DNA of 40,283 nucleotides from a virus (IMGVR_UViG_2565956723_000004), one strand, 5' to 3'. Positions 8,749 to 18,490 are shown, numbered from the stretch's first letter. The notes: generated from the letters alone by a model not told the origin. Made by a program: numbers and translations.

Positions 8749-9939
8749 TTAATTGCTGTTAACCGAGGTGACCAGATTTGCCAGGTATTTATCGGTAATA
8801 CGCTGGCGCAGGGTCAGGTTTTCAAGAGGAGGCACCGGTGTATAGTCGTAGTCGATATACAGTTTTCCGGCCTTGAGGGTTTCCGCATCGTTGGATTCTT
8901 CGCTGAACCAGCAGGTCGCATCCACGATATAGCCGTTTGTTTTCAGCTCACGGAATTTGGCATTGATGCCGTCAACGATGTCGCGAATCAGCGTTGCGGT
9001 GATGGGCTTGTCCACCGCCCACATGTGCGCCTCAGCCATCGTGTCGGCCATCACCTGCGCGGTGCGGGTGTAGTTTTCAAAGAGGAACAGCGGGTCATCA
9101 GAGCAGGTACGGTTACCCCAGAATCGGAAACCGTCGCGGCGAATCAGCGTAGTGACGCCTGACTCGTTAAGCAGGTCAGCATCGGTGCCGGACTCCTGCA
9201 AATCCCAGAATACAGATGCGCTGATGCCGGTAACACCGTTTACCCCGACGTTGGACAGCGTTTTATGCCAGCCCTGCTCCTGGTCGATTTTAGCGCGCAG
9301 ACCCAGCGCACGGGCGGTGGCATACGCGGTGGCGGTGGTACTGGTGACCGTATCCCATGCGAGGAAATCCGGCCAGATGACCATCAGCTCACGCTGGCTG
9401 AAATTCTGGCGGTAGGCTTTCACCTCGGAAATGGTCTTACAGCCCCATGCGCTGATATATCCGAAAGCGCGCAGCTTCTGACAGACGGATGCCAGTGCAA
9501 CAGCCACCTCTTTGGTATCCAGTCCCGGCACACCGAGAATACGCGGTTTAACACCGGTTACCGACTCCGCCGCCAGCAGGGCTTTTAGTCCGGTGTACTG
9601 ACCGTTTTCGTCGGTGGTGCCGATGATATTGGAAACGGTCTGCGCGAGTTTCGTTTCCTCGTCATCACCGGTGCCGTCTTCCACGCGCACGACAACGGTG
9701 ACCGGTTTTGACTGGTCAGCGATGGCCTGCAACGATGCCGCCAGCGTGCCTTTTTTACCGGCCTTTGCAATTGCGCTTTGCACATTGGTAATCAGCACCG
9801 GTTTATTGAGGGGGAAGGTTTCCGCATCCGCATCGCTGGCCGTGCAGACCATGCCGACAATGGCAGTGGATACGGTGGAAATGACGCGGGTGCCGTCGTT
9901 AATCTCCAGCACCTGCACGCCATGATGATAGTCACTCAT
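8749..9939 (-). CDS. FI: Tail sheath protein FI, 396 aa
   Basis: Length and position as in P2 FI. Confidence 0.9.
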   Translation of the reverse strand: MSDYHHGVQVLEINDGTRVISTVSTAIVGMVCTASDADAETFPLNKPVLITNVQSAIAKAGKKGTLAASLQAIADQSKPVTVVVRVEDGTGDDEETKLAQTVSNIIGTTDENGQYTGLKALLAAESVTGVKPRILGVPGLDTKEVAVALASVCQKLRAFGYISAWGCKTISEVKAYRQNFSQRELMVIWPDFLAWDTVTSTTATAYATARALGLRAKIDQEQGWHKTLSNVGVNGVTGISASVFWDLQESGTDADLLNESGVTTLIRRDGFRFWGNRTCSDDPLFLFENYTRTAQVMADTMAEAHMWAVDKPITATLIRDIVDGINAKFRELKTNGYIVDATCWFSEESNDAETLKAGKLYIDYDYTPVPPLENLTLRQRITDKYLANLVTSVNSN

Positions 9940-10043
9940 CCGTTTAACTCCGTGGTTAATGGGTGCAACTATTTTCTGTTGTGCAGAGCATAAGACGCTA
10001 TTTGACCTGGCTGGTCAGTGGATGAAACAACAGATAAAGAAAA

Positions 10044-10062
10044 GGCGGGCAATTCGCCCGCC
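10044..10062 (-). terminator. Putative terminator hairpin between the cargo region and FI
   Basis: GC stem GGCGGGC/GCCCGCC with 5-nt loop; on the minus strand it is followed by TTTTCTTTATCTG. Confidence 0.4.
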
Positions 10063-10422
10063 TGTCCTGATTTGTACTCACTCATTTTCCGCCTGACAAT
10101 TTACATAGCCCAAATGCTATCAAATCTGACAGTCTGCTTTGAGCGAAAAGTGGACATTAGAGTTACAAAAGCAAGTTTAAATCATCCAAAATATTACAAT
10201 GTCCTTATCTATCTGATATCGTTATGATAAAAAGCTCCTGAATATAATCGATAGTAGGTGGTTATTTCCATGAAATCAATTTTAGAGGTTTTTACTCAAG
10301 GAAATACTAAAGAAAAACTGGCTGTTATCGCCGATCTTGCGTATTACCGTGAAGGAGATCGGTGAGTAACATCGATGGAGATCGGTTCGTGTCACTTTCA
10401 CAGAACCGTTTTTAAATTACCT

Positions 10423-11172
10423 TCACTGATCTCCTTCGGTCAACGGTGATTGTATTTTCCGCATTGATTCTCCTTTAAGTTCGATCTTGATACTGCCATG
10501 AACCAGTCGATCTAGGATGGCATCCGCATGTGTGGAGTCTCCGATCATTTTGTACCAGTTTTCCACCGGCAACTGGCTCACTACGATGATTGAGCCTCGT
10601 TGGTACATCAGATCCACTATTTCCAGCAGGTCGCTACGCTGTTCTGATGAGAGAGGTTCCAGCCCCCAGTCATCCAGAAGCAGCAGATCGCTATTATTCA
10701 GCCTGGTCAAAAGTTTGCTGTATCTTCCATCAGCATGCCCCTGATAGCACTGTTCCATCAGCGCTTTAAGGCGATAATAGTAGACCTTGTATCCCTGTCG
10801 GCAGGCATTATGACCAAGTGCACATGCCAGGAACGTTTTACCGCTGCCGGTGGCCCCGGTCAGTAAAATATTTTGTTTCAGGGTTAACCAGTTTCCCTGA
10901 CTGAGTGAACGGATGAGGGCCCTGTCCAGCCCTCTATTGTTACGATAATCCAGCTTTGATAACTCAGCATTAAGTCTGAACCGTGCATGTTTGATCAGAC
11001 GCTCTGCCTTCCTGTTTTCACGGCAGGTTAGTTCTTCTGCTGTCAGTAATGACAGGCGTTCTTCGAAGCCCAGCTCCTGGTATGTGCCCGGCTGAGCAAG
11101 TTGCTTTTTAAGCGCATCACGGAAGCCGGTGAGTTTAAGTGCGGTCAGTTGTTCGTAAAGATGATTCATCAT
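10423..11172 (-). CDS. istB: IS21-family helper ATPase IstB, 249 aa
   Basis: Walker A GATGSGKT and Walker B LLLLDDWG; overall IstB-like. Confidence 0.9.
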   Translation of the reverse strand: MMNHLYEQLTALKLTGFRDALKKQLAQPGTYQELGFEERLSLLTAEELTCRENRKAERLIKHARFRLNAELSKLDYRNNRGLDRALIRSLSQGNWLTLKQNILLTGATGSGKTFLACALGHNACRQGYKVYYYRLKALMEQCYQGHADGRYSKLLTRLNNSDLLLLDDWGLEPLSSEQRSDLLEIVDLMYQRGSIIVVSQLPVENWYKMIGDSTHADAILDRLVHGSIKIELKGESMRKIQSPLTEGDQ

Positions 11173-11183
11173 TGGATCCCGTA

Positions 11184-12725
11184 TCAGTGGTAATACTCAC
11201 TGCCGCGTACGTTTTCGTGTTCCATCGTGGATAACAGATCTGGTTTTGGATCCTGAACAGGTTGTTTATCCAGACCTTTTTCCAGGATCGATTTAATACC
11301 TGACAGACGCCATACCTTTGTTTTCAGAGCTCTTGCACATGCTGCATTAAGTCTGGCTTTACTGTATTTTTTATGAAGGTTCAGGAGTCCAAGGCAGAAG
11401 CGATAGCTTTGTTCCGGATGTGGACGAGAGTTCAGTATATGAAGCACATAACTATGAGTTTCACTGCCTATGTGCCCCGCCCATTCCAGAAGACGCTCTG
11501 GCGTCCAGGTGGCATGCTGTCGATGAGCTTCAGGCATGTGCTCGTTGCGGGTACTGTAGCCATAAGTACGCTTGCGCGGGTGCACAGCAACCTCCTGCCC
11601 CTGATTGAAGAGTCTTACCAGTTCTCCGGAGATCCATGCTTCCAGTTGCTGGCCTAACAGCGAACATGGAACCGAGTAGTAATGTTTGTCGATTTCCACG
11701 TGGTAATCGGCATGAACTCTGACTTTCTTCACCAGGGTGTAACTGTAACTGGCTTCAGGAAGAGGCTTCAGTGCGGGTTTATCAAGCTGGATGAAGAGTT
11801 CTGCACGTGAATAACCCAACTTCTGCATTATTTTGTTATTCAGTCTTTCCAGCAACTCCCGAATGCGCTGATTAAGCGATGCAAGGCTGTAGAAGATCTC
11901 ATGCCTGATTCGGGCCATGATCCAGCGTTCAACAACCTGAACGCCAACTTCAGCTTTGGCTTTATCTTTCGGTTTACGTGGCCGCGCAGGCAAAACTGCG
12001 ACATTATAATGCTCAAGCATCTGCTGGTAGGTAGGGTTAACGTCAGGATCATACTTACATGCCCTGGATGTGGCGCTTTTCAGATTGTCCGGAACAACAA
12101 GTTCAGGAACGCCACCCAACCACTGGAAGCAGCGAACATGACTCATCACCCAGTCTTCAAGCTGCTGAGACCAGGTGGCCTCTGCCCATGTGTAACTTGA
12201 TGCCCCGAGAACAGCTACGATGACCTGAGCAGTTCTTATTTCTCCGGTCTCAGGGTCGGTAACGCCAACGGTAGGTCCACAGTAATCAACGAAAAGTTTT
12301 TCGCCAGCTTTATGTACCTGACGCATTGATGGTGAAGTGGTTTTGAGCCATTCACGGTACATCCGGCAGTAATGGTTATAGCTGTAAAAACCGCCTGGAT
12401 TACGCTCACAGTATTCTTCCCAGAGTAGCTGCAGCGTCACGCATTTATTACGCAGTTCCCGGTGTACTGTAGCCCAGTCAGGCAGAGAGTGCTTCTTCAT
12501 CTTAACCTGGGTCTGAAGGAACGCATGTTTTAGTTTTGTATCATCCCATCCTGTAGGTAAGGGCCACTGCTTTATGCCAAGTTGAGCCGCCCGATTAGCA
12601 TATCTGGATACAACGGAAGGGGAGATTGCAAGACTACGACCAATTTGTCGATGGCTGAGTCCAACACCGTATTTAAGCCTAAGAATTTCTTTAAGTTTTC
12701 TCATAGAAATTGGAACTGTTGGCAT
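11184..12725 (-). CDS. istA: IS21-family transposase IstA, 513 aa
   Basis: N-terminal HTH (LSHRQIGRSLAISPSVVSRY) and IstA-like core, immediately upstream of istB on the same strand. Confidence 0.88.
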   Translation of the reverse strand: MPTVPISMRKLKEILRLKYGVGLSHRQIGRSLAISPSVVSRYANRAAQLGIKQWPLPTGWDDTKLKHAFLQTQVKMKKHSLPDWATVHRELRNKCVTLQLLWEEYCERNPGGFYSYNHYCRMYREWLKTTSPSMRQVHKAGEKLFVDYCGPTVGVTDPETGEIRTAQVIVAVLGASSYTWAEATWSQQLEDWVMSHVRCFQWLGGVPELVVPDNLKSATSRACKYDPDVNPTYQQMLEHYNVAVLPARPRKPKDKAKAEVGVQVVERWIMARIRHEIFYSLASLNQRIRELLERLNNKIMQKLGYSRAELFIQLDKPALKPLPEASYSYTLVKKVRVHADYHVEIDKHYYSVPCSLLGQQLEAWISGELVRLFNQGQEVAVHPRKRTYGYSTRNEHMPEAHRQHATWTPERLLEWAGHIGSETHSYVLHILNSRPHPEQSYRFCLGLLNLHKKYSKARLNAACARALKTKVWRLSGIKSILEKGLDKQPVQDPKPDLLSTMEHENVRGSEYYH

Positions 12726-13258
12726 AGGTATCCTTTACCGGAATGGCAAAAGATACAGATCAACACACCTGTGAAGTTCCAATAACATTGATGGAGATCA
12801 CTGAATAACAAAATGAGTCAAAAGTGATCTCCATCGATGTTATTCAGCGATCTGTTCAAATGTTATTACCCGATCTCGATGGAAGTTATTGAGTGATCTC
12901 CTTTCATGAAAATACGCAGCCGATCTCACAACCATTGCGGGAATATCGATTGCAACTATTATTGCTGGTTTGTTAACCCTAGTTGCAAAAACAGATAAAC
13001 TAGATGTTGGAAATCTGTTTGGAGTTGTCATAATATCTCTGCTCGGATTGGCTGGTGTTTGCTGTTTTGTGGCCTTATTTATTTGGGTTATAACCCAAAT
13101 GTCTAAACCATGGGGAACACCTCGGGGGGTTCAGCCCTTAGTTAAGTGTGCTATTTCCCTTATCTTTATCTGTATGTTTTTGCTGGCTGTCTTTACATTT
13201 TATGAGTTTATTTCTTCGATGAGCATACGCTATTGAATATAAAATCAGCCCCCATAAC

Positions 13259-13843
13259 TTAAAAGAGACCTTCTATATCGACTTCAATGCCCAAATAACG
13301 GACTGTGCTTTCCAGTTTCTTATGGCCCAACAGAAGTTGGATCCCCCGGAGACTCTTGGTTTTCTTGTAGATTAAGTAAGGTTTTGTTCTTCTCATGGAA
13401 TGTGTGCTGTACAGCGAATCTTCGAGACCAAGCTTTTCTACCCACCCATGAAAAATTCGGTTGTATTGCCGGGTTGATATATGGTGGTTAGTTCCGACCC
13501 GAGAGCGGAACAGGAAGCCTTTACTATGCCAGTTGCCGAGCTTTATCAATGCAGTAACCGCTTCCCTTGTCCCTTTGGTTATCTCAAATTGGACAGGGCT
13601 GCCGGTTTTCTGTTGCAACACCGTTGCTCTGCTTGAGACAGAACTGCCATATGCAGCATCTGATACTTTGAGTTTGACCAAATCACAGCCCCGTAGCTTA
13701 GTGTCCAAAGCCATGTTGAACAGAGCTAGATCGCGTGTTTTACCTTCCAACTCAAGTCTAATCCGGATCCCCCAGATATGAGATATCTGAAGTGGCCTTT
13801 TTTGACCGATGGTACGGTCTTTATTCCACGGTGACGTTTTCAT
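13259..13843 (-). CDS. Small tyrosine recombinase, FimB/FimE-like size, about 194 aa
   Basis: Catalytic signature: Arg in TKLRGCDL, HSMRRT (H-x-x-R), LLGHKKLESTVRY (His and Tyr nucleophile). Start taken at MKTSPWNK with AGGAGA Shine-Dalgarno 8 nt upstream; the ORF track extends to 13945. Confidence 0.75.
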   Translation of the reverse strand: MKTSPWNKDRTIGQKRPLQISHIWGIRIRLELEGKTRDLALFNMALDTKLRGCDLVKLKVSDAAYGSSVSSRATVLQQKTGSPVQFEITKGTREAVTALIKLGNWHSKGFLFRSRVGTNHHISTRQYNRIFHGWVEKLGLEDSLYSTHSMRRTKPYLIYKKTKSLRGIQLLLGHKKLESTVRYLGIEVDIEGLF

Positions 13844-13949
13844 ATTCAAATCTCCTGCAATGTGGGAGATTTGAGTATGGTTGTCTCTCAAGAGCGAAAA
13901 TAAGTCAACTATCACTAGTTGTTGCGCATGTACGTATTCTGTCAATTAA

Positions 13950-14792
13950 TTATTGACAATCATCAATTCTGGAATGATCAAAATCATCATATCGAATTAT
14001 AGTCTGGTTGACTGTATCTATTGTTGGTGTCATTTCTGTTATAATATCCTGATAACCTAAAGAGTTAAATACATTTACTAAGGCCTCACACCGAAGGGCC
14101 GTAGCAATTACAAAATTATAAATTGCCAGCCGTTTATTTTCTTGTTTAACTGCAAGAATGAATTCGATAGCAGTATTTTCATCACTTTGGATTGCATTAT
14201 ATAGAGATACTATATTTACCATATCATCAGAGAATGTATGTATTGAATCACAAAGAGGAACGTAATGGGCATGATAGTGTGTTTCCCAGCCAATTAATTC
14301 AAAAAGTTTTCTGGTTCCTGGATATTCAGGTGTATTTGGCCACAATCTATTAAATAGATCAGTTAGTTCTTTTCCCATGCGAATCCTTTCATTTGCTGCT
14401 GGATTAGTCATTCCTTTGGATTTTAAACACTCCAGCCACCGTTTTCCATTACTATGAACTAATTTCTTACTAGCCTTGAGTAATGCTTGTGCATTTTCGC
14501 CATCATCTATTGCTATATAAAATTGATTGGCAGCCTGTTCTATTATAACCCTAGCTAATACTTCCGATGCTGAAAAGGCTCCTATATTCAAAGAAGAGAT
14601 AGCCTGATTACTAAGTTCATTCAGTACATTAAAGTACTGTAAGACCATCAATTTTTGTTCCACACCCTTTAGGTTGTCTATTTTATTTTTATGCTCCTCA
14701 AATTTTGCATGGATATATTTATTTATCGCGGCTATTTTTTTTACATCTTCGTCAAGATCAAACGGGCAACGTCCAAACAATTCTTTTTTCAT
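13950..14792 (-). CDS. Hypothetical protein, 280 aa, AT-rich cargo gene
   Basis: Complete ORF with CAGGAG Shine-Dalgarno 7 nt upstream of ATG; no motif I can assign. Confidence 0.7.
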   Translation of the reverse strand: MKKELFGRCPFDLDEDVKKIAAINKYIHAKFEEHKNKIDNLKGVEQKLMVLQYFNVLNELSNQAISSLNIGAFSASEVLARVIIEQAANQFYIAIDDGENAQALLKASKKLVHSNGKRWLECLKSKGMTNPAANERIRMGKELTDLFNRLWPNTPEYPGTRKLFELIGWETHYHAHYVPLCDSIHTFSDDMVNIVSLYNAIQSDENTAIEFILAVKQENKRLAIYNFVIATALRCEALVNVFNSLGYQDIITEMTPTIDTVNQTIIRYDDFDHSRIDDCQ

Positions 14793-15213
14793 ATATTTCT
14801 CCTGTTGTACAAGCTTCCATAAGTTGGCAGATTATACACTGAAGATTACCTATAAATAGCTGTGCGGGATAGCAGATCAGTGCAAGAAGTACAACCAAGT
14901 GAACTGTGCGTATTCAGATACCTGGCCTAACGTTCGCGATAGCCGTCCCCTGCACGAAGCCATATATTAGATGTATTAGCTCAGACCTTATCTGACAGGT
15001 TGAGTAGGTAGAATCTAATCAAAGCTGACAGTCTGGTTTGGACTGTGAGTTCAACCGATGGATGCAACACACAGCGATCTACGGACATTACTAGCATAGC
15101 TGTGTATTAATCATCGGGAAGCAGGTCAGTCCGCTCCTAGCACAGAGCAGACTGTCAGATTAGGCTTTACTCTGTGCTATAGATACGTTAGCTCACTCCA
15201 GAGATCATACAAC

Positions 15214-15741
15214 TTATTGCGGCATTTCCGGCCATTCAGGATTTGCAGGATCCACACGGCTGACCAGAACACTGTAGCGTTCCCATGCTTCCAGTCGGCT
15301 ACGCTCATCATCTGTTGCCATATTCAGTCTGACAGAGCGTTCCAGTGGCTGAATGATAGTTTCAGCTTCGGAAAGCAAAGCTGACTTCTGTAATTCCGCC
15401 AGTTGCAGCTGTTCGTCTGCCGTATAAATCCGCTTAATCACGGCACCATCCTTAAACATCCATTTACCTGAGTCATCAGCACGTCGGTTGGCGGTAATAT
15501 CAGGAACCTCGACAACGCTAAAACCTTCAGGGTTGAGCGTTGAAGCATCTCTGGTGATGCCGACAATTATATTATTCTCATCGTAAACAATCTTTATCGT
15601 GTCTTCCTGAAAATTACTTACTTCCTCATACCAGTTTTTTCCCTCTTCGGACCATAACCAGATAACATCAAAATTTTTTGTCAGTTGATATTGGGCAACA
15701 GTTTTTGGATTACCCGCAGTAATATTTTTTAAATGCTGCAT
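15214..15741 (-). CDS. G: Tail fiber assembly protein G, 175 aa
   Basis: Length and position as in P2 G, downstream of H. Confidence 0.85.
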   Translation of the reverse strand: MQHLKNITAGNPKTVAQYQLTKNFDVIWLWSEEGKNWYEEVSNFQEDTIKIVYDENNIIVGITRDASTLNPEGFSVVEVPDITANRRADDSGKWMFKDGAVIKRIYTADEQLQLAELQKSALLSEAETIIQPLERSVRLNMATDDERSRLEAWERYSVLVSRVDPANPEWPEMPQ

Positions 15742-15744
15742 AAA

Positions 15745-18480
15745 TTACACCTGTGCGACGTTATACCATGTGCCATTGATGTATTTTTGTATTGGTCTGA
15801 ATACTGCGGGGTCATCACCATCGACTTCACCGACAATACCAAGCCCGGTAATTACGTGCCCTGCTTTCTCATACATCACCCCTTTCTGCATGGTCTGGAC
15901 AACACGTGTGCCAAGTCTGACATCTCTCACATAGCGGGAATCAAAGTTACCGTAATCCGAGGGATTAACACGCCCCGTAATATTTATGGTTTTATTACTT
16001 TGAACGCTTCCGGAGACAAAGCGCATAACATGGACGCTATTAGCATAAACATCCAGATTACCATCACCATTTTGTTTAAAGCCCGTGTCATTATCACCCA
16101 AAACAATCGAATTACCGCCAAGAGCACTGGATGTTCCTATACCCAGAGCACCATTCAATTGACCACCAGATAACGGCAGTGCACCGACATCTCCCGCTGT
16201 AGGTTTTCGCGTTGTGGTATAAAACTCAGACCAGTCAGCCTCGAATCCGTAACCGTCACGAGCAGAACGATAAAAAATACCACCGTTCTTATAATTAACG
16301 CGAAACTGGGCGGCGGGACAACTTCCTTCCCCGATATTAAAATGAAGAATTAACGTTGATGCCCCACCAATAGTTGCGTTATAGGCTCCGCTACTCCAGT
16401 TCCATCCAACGGCTTTATCATTCGCAACGGTGTCTCCTGTTTTTCCTGAAGCAAATGCACCAATATTTTTCGGCGTCAGGTTAATATCTGATGTTCCATC
16501 AAACGAAACGTTATTAATTTTACGGGCTGTTTTCAGCTTTGTTGCTGTCGCCGCATTGCCGGACAGTTCACCAGAAAGGCCAGCACTGAATGTCTGTTTC
16601 GCGCCCCATGTCTGGGCTTCGTCAATGATTGGTACTCGTCTTGTTGTGATCGTGCGGCTTCCCGGATTTCCTGAAATGCGCACCATAAAAAAGCGGTAGT
16701 TGGCTTTACTTACAGTGCTGCGCCATACATGCATTGAGCGCCCCGAACCAGAATCATCACTCGGACCGACTGAGATGTTTATCAGGTTGCCATCAATGAC
16801 GCCCCAGTCCATACCGTCGGGAATGTTGGTCATATTATCAAGCCGAACGGTTATCAGACTGCCCGGCACAAAATCGTAGGTCTGCCAGTCCAGACTGGAT
16901 AGTTTTGCCACTGCGCCACCGATGCCCAGATTCAGAGGCAACGAAAAGGAGTTATATACTTCTCGCCATTCGGTCCATTTGCTCCCGGCATAGACGCGCT
17001 CAAAAGTGCGCCCCTGTGTGGTTTCTGATTTCCCTGTGGTTGTGTAACGCTGCCAGACAGATACACCATCAAAACGCCTGATTACTTCCAGTATTCCAAG
17101 CAGTGTCGCTCCAGCGGTATCCTGCATTGGACCGTTTGACGCCTTCCCTGTAACGCTGTAAATGCCTGGCGAAGTCAGATCATTCAAATCACCTTCGTAA
17201 TAACGACATTCTGACTGATGGCCTACTCTTGACCACGGCTCCCACTGTGGGTTCTGTGCATTCCATATAGCAGAAAGGCAGCGAACATATACGTTCCCAC
17301 GGCGGGTCGTATAGCGTTGCGTGCGTGAGTACCCACCACCCTCAAGAACTTCAAGGAATCCCTGACCATAACTTCCTTCTTCCGGATAGTTGCGGTCAAA
17401 TGAAGCGATAGAGCCACTACTGTTTCGCCATAAACCAAGATGCTCTGCGCCTCCTAGCGTGTTCAGGTCAATAGTTGTGCTCAGGGGGCGTGTTGCAGAC
17501 TGAATCTGACGCCAGTAGATCCACGGACCGTCTGAGCCATTCCAGGTGCCAGAAAGATTACGCATATAAACATTGCCAGTTCTGGTGGTATAACGCTGCA
17601 TTCCGGAAAAATTACCGCCATTGAATACCTCAAGAACACCGACTGCACCGTCTTCAGGGAAATTTTTCTCCAGTGTTGCGTTGGAGGATGTGGATTTATA
17701 CCAGACACCCACATAAGCCTTAACTGGACCAAATGTATTGAGATCAGCATCAACCGGCATTTCGCCGTTGTTTTTCATAAACGTCAGGCTGGTAACACCA
17801 ATATTGTCCAGAAAAGCTGATTTATCCTGGATATCTGCACCGTTCTGATTTTTCGCCAGACGTGAATTTGCGTTGTCATTTGCTGCCTTGACCGCTTTTG
17901 GCGTTGCCGCCAGCTCTTCACTGGTGCTGTTTGTTGCACTGCTTAACTGAGTAAAACCTTTTTCTGTCAGCGTGGCGTCAGGATGGCGGCGGGACTGCTC
18001 ATGCTCTGCGATTTTGTCATCGACGTAATCCTGCGTCGCCATCACTGTGCTGGCATCAATACTCAGCTCAACGGACGCCACGTTGCTGAGAATAATAACC
18101 ATGCGGCAGGTCTGCGCACGTCCGGAGCCTTCAGCCAGTTCTGGCTTATAGCTTTCAGCCATGTTGGATACCGCAATCAGTGTTCCGGCATCGTCATACA
18201 GACCAAGCTCACGCATCCAGAAGCCGCCCACTTCGGGCGGTACAACCAGTTCAGCCACAATATAGTTTTTATTCTTATTATCCACACTGACTTTATTCAG
18301 AGCGTGACGCCAGACCTCATGCACCAGTTTCGTCTGACCGGCATCCGGCACCGGTAATTTGCCATTACCGTCACCCACGGCCATTGCAGACAGGTTTACT
18401 TTTTTCCCGCCGGGGACAGTGGCGGCTGCCAGCTTTGCGGCTCCGGCAGTAGTGATAACGGTTTTAAATTTCGTGCTCAT
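15745..18480 (-). CDS. H: Tail fiber protein H, 911 aa (longer than the 669-aa P2 H)
   Basis: P2 H-like N-terminus (MSTKFKTVITTAGAAKLAAA...); central and C-terminal part carries three copies of a module of about 55 aa (..GVLEVFNGG..QRYTTRTGNVYMR.., ..GFLEVLEGGGYSRTQRYTTRRGNVYVR.., ..GILEVIRRFDGVSVWQRYTTTG..). Confidence 0.88.
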   Translation of the reverse strand: MSTKFKTVITTAGAAKLAAATVPGGKKVNLSAMAVGDGNGKLPVPDAGQTKLVHEVWRHALNKVSVDNKNKNYIVAELVVPPEVGGFWMRELGLYDDAGTLIAVSNMAESYKPELAEGSGRAQTCRMVIILSNVASVELSIDASTVMATQDYVDDKIAEHEQSRRHPDATLTEKGFTQLSSATNSTSEELAATPKAVKAANDNANSRLAKNQNGADIQDKSAFLDNIGVTSLTFMKNNGEMPVDADLNTFGPVKAYVGVWYKSTSSNATLEKNFPEDGAVGVLEVFNGGNFSGMQRYTTRTGNVYMRNLSGTWNGSDGPWIYWRQIQSATRPLSTTIDLNTLGGAEHLGLWRNSSGSIASFDRNYPEEGSYGQGFLEVLEGGGYSRTQRYTTRRGNVYVRCLSAIWNAQNPQWEPWSRVGHQSECRYYEGDLNDLTSPGIYSVTGKASNGPMQDTAGATLLGILEVIRRFDGVSVWQRYTTTGKSETTQGRTFERVYAGSKWTEWREVYNSFSLPLNLGIGGAVAKLSSLDWQTYDFVPGSLITVRLDNMTNIPDGMDWGVIDGNLINISVGPSDDSGSGRSMHVWRSTVSKANYRFFMVRISGNPGSRTITTRRVPIIDEAQTWGAKQTFSAGLSGELSGNAATATKLKTARKINNVSFDGTSDINLTPKNIGAFASGKTGDTVANDKAVGWNWSSGAYNATIGGASTLILHFNIGEGSCPAAQFRVNYKNGGIFYRSARDGYGFEADWSEFYTTTRKPTAGDVGALPLSGGQLNGALGIGTSSALGGNSIVLGDNDTGFKQNGDGNLDVYANSVHVMRFVSGSVQSNKTINITGRVNPSDYGNFDSRYVRDVRLGTRVVQTMQKGVMYEKAGHVITGLGIVGEVDGDDPAVFRPIQKYINGTWYNVAQV

Positions 18481-18490
18481 TGTTTCTCAC

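Larger units (their letters stand above)
10338..12918 (-). mobile_element. IS21-family insertion sequence, 2581 bp, istA+istB intact
   Basis: Imperfect terminal inverted repeats starting TGCGTATT...TGAAGGAGATC at both ends, several internal GGAGATC/GATCTCC repeats near the termini, flanked by 8-bp direct repeat GCCGATCT (10330-10337 and 12919-12926). Confidence 0.85.
10270..13236 (+). pseudogene. Small three-helix membrane protein gene (about 126 codons when reconstructed) split by the IS21-family insertion
   Basis: ATG at 10270 with AGGTGG Shine-Dalgarno and TATAAT at 10243-10248. Frame runs MKSILEVFTQGNTKEKLAVIADL up to the IS and resumes in frame after the right target duplication (...TTIAGISIATIIAGLLTLV...SMSIRY, stop included at 13236). 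Confidence 0.7.

Noticed and set aside
13844-13945. N-terminal extension of the recombinase ORF (MTEYVHAQQLVIVDL...)
   Set aside because: The internal start at 13843 has a strong AGGAGA Shine-Dalgarno and gives a FimB/FimE-sized protein; the upstream extension is probably leader sequence.
14793-15213. Possible CRISPR array or retron msr/msd in the long non-coding leader
   Set aside because: No regularly spaced repeat-spacer units, and no reverse-transcriptase gene (no YxDD-containing ORF) nearby. The repeats are kept as a finding but not called CRISPR or retron.
15733-16173. 146-codon plus-strand ORF overlapping the 3' part of tail fiber gene H
   Set aside because: Antisense to H and no independent support.
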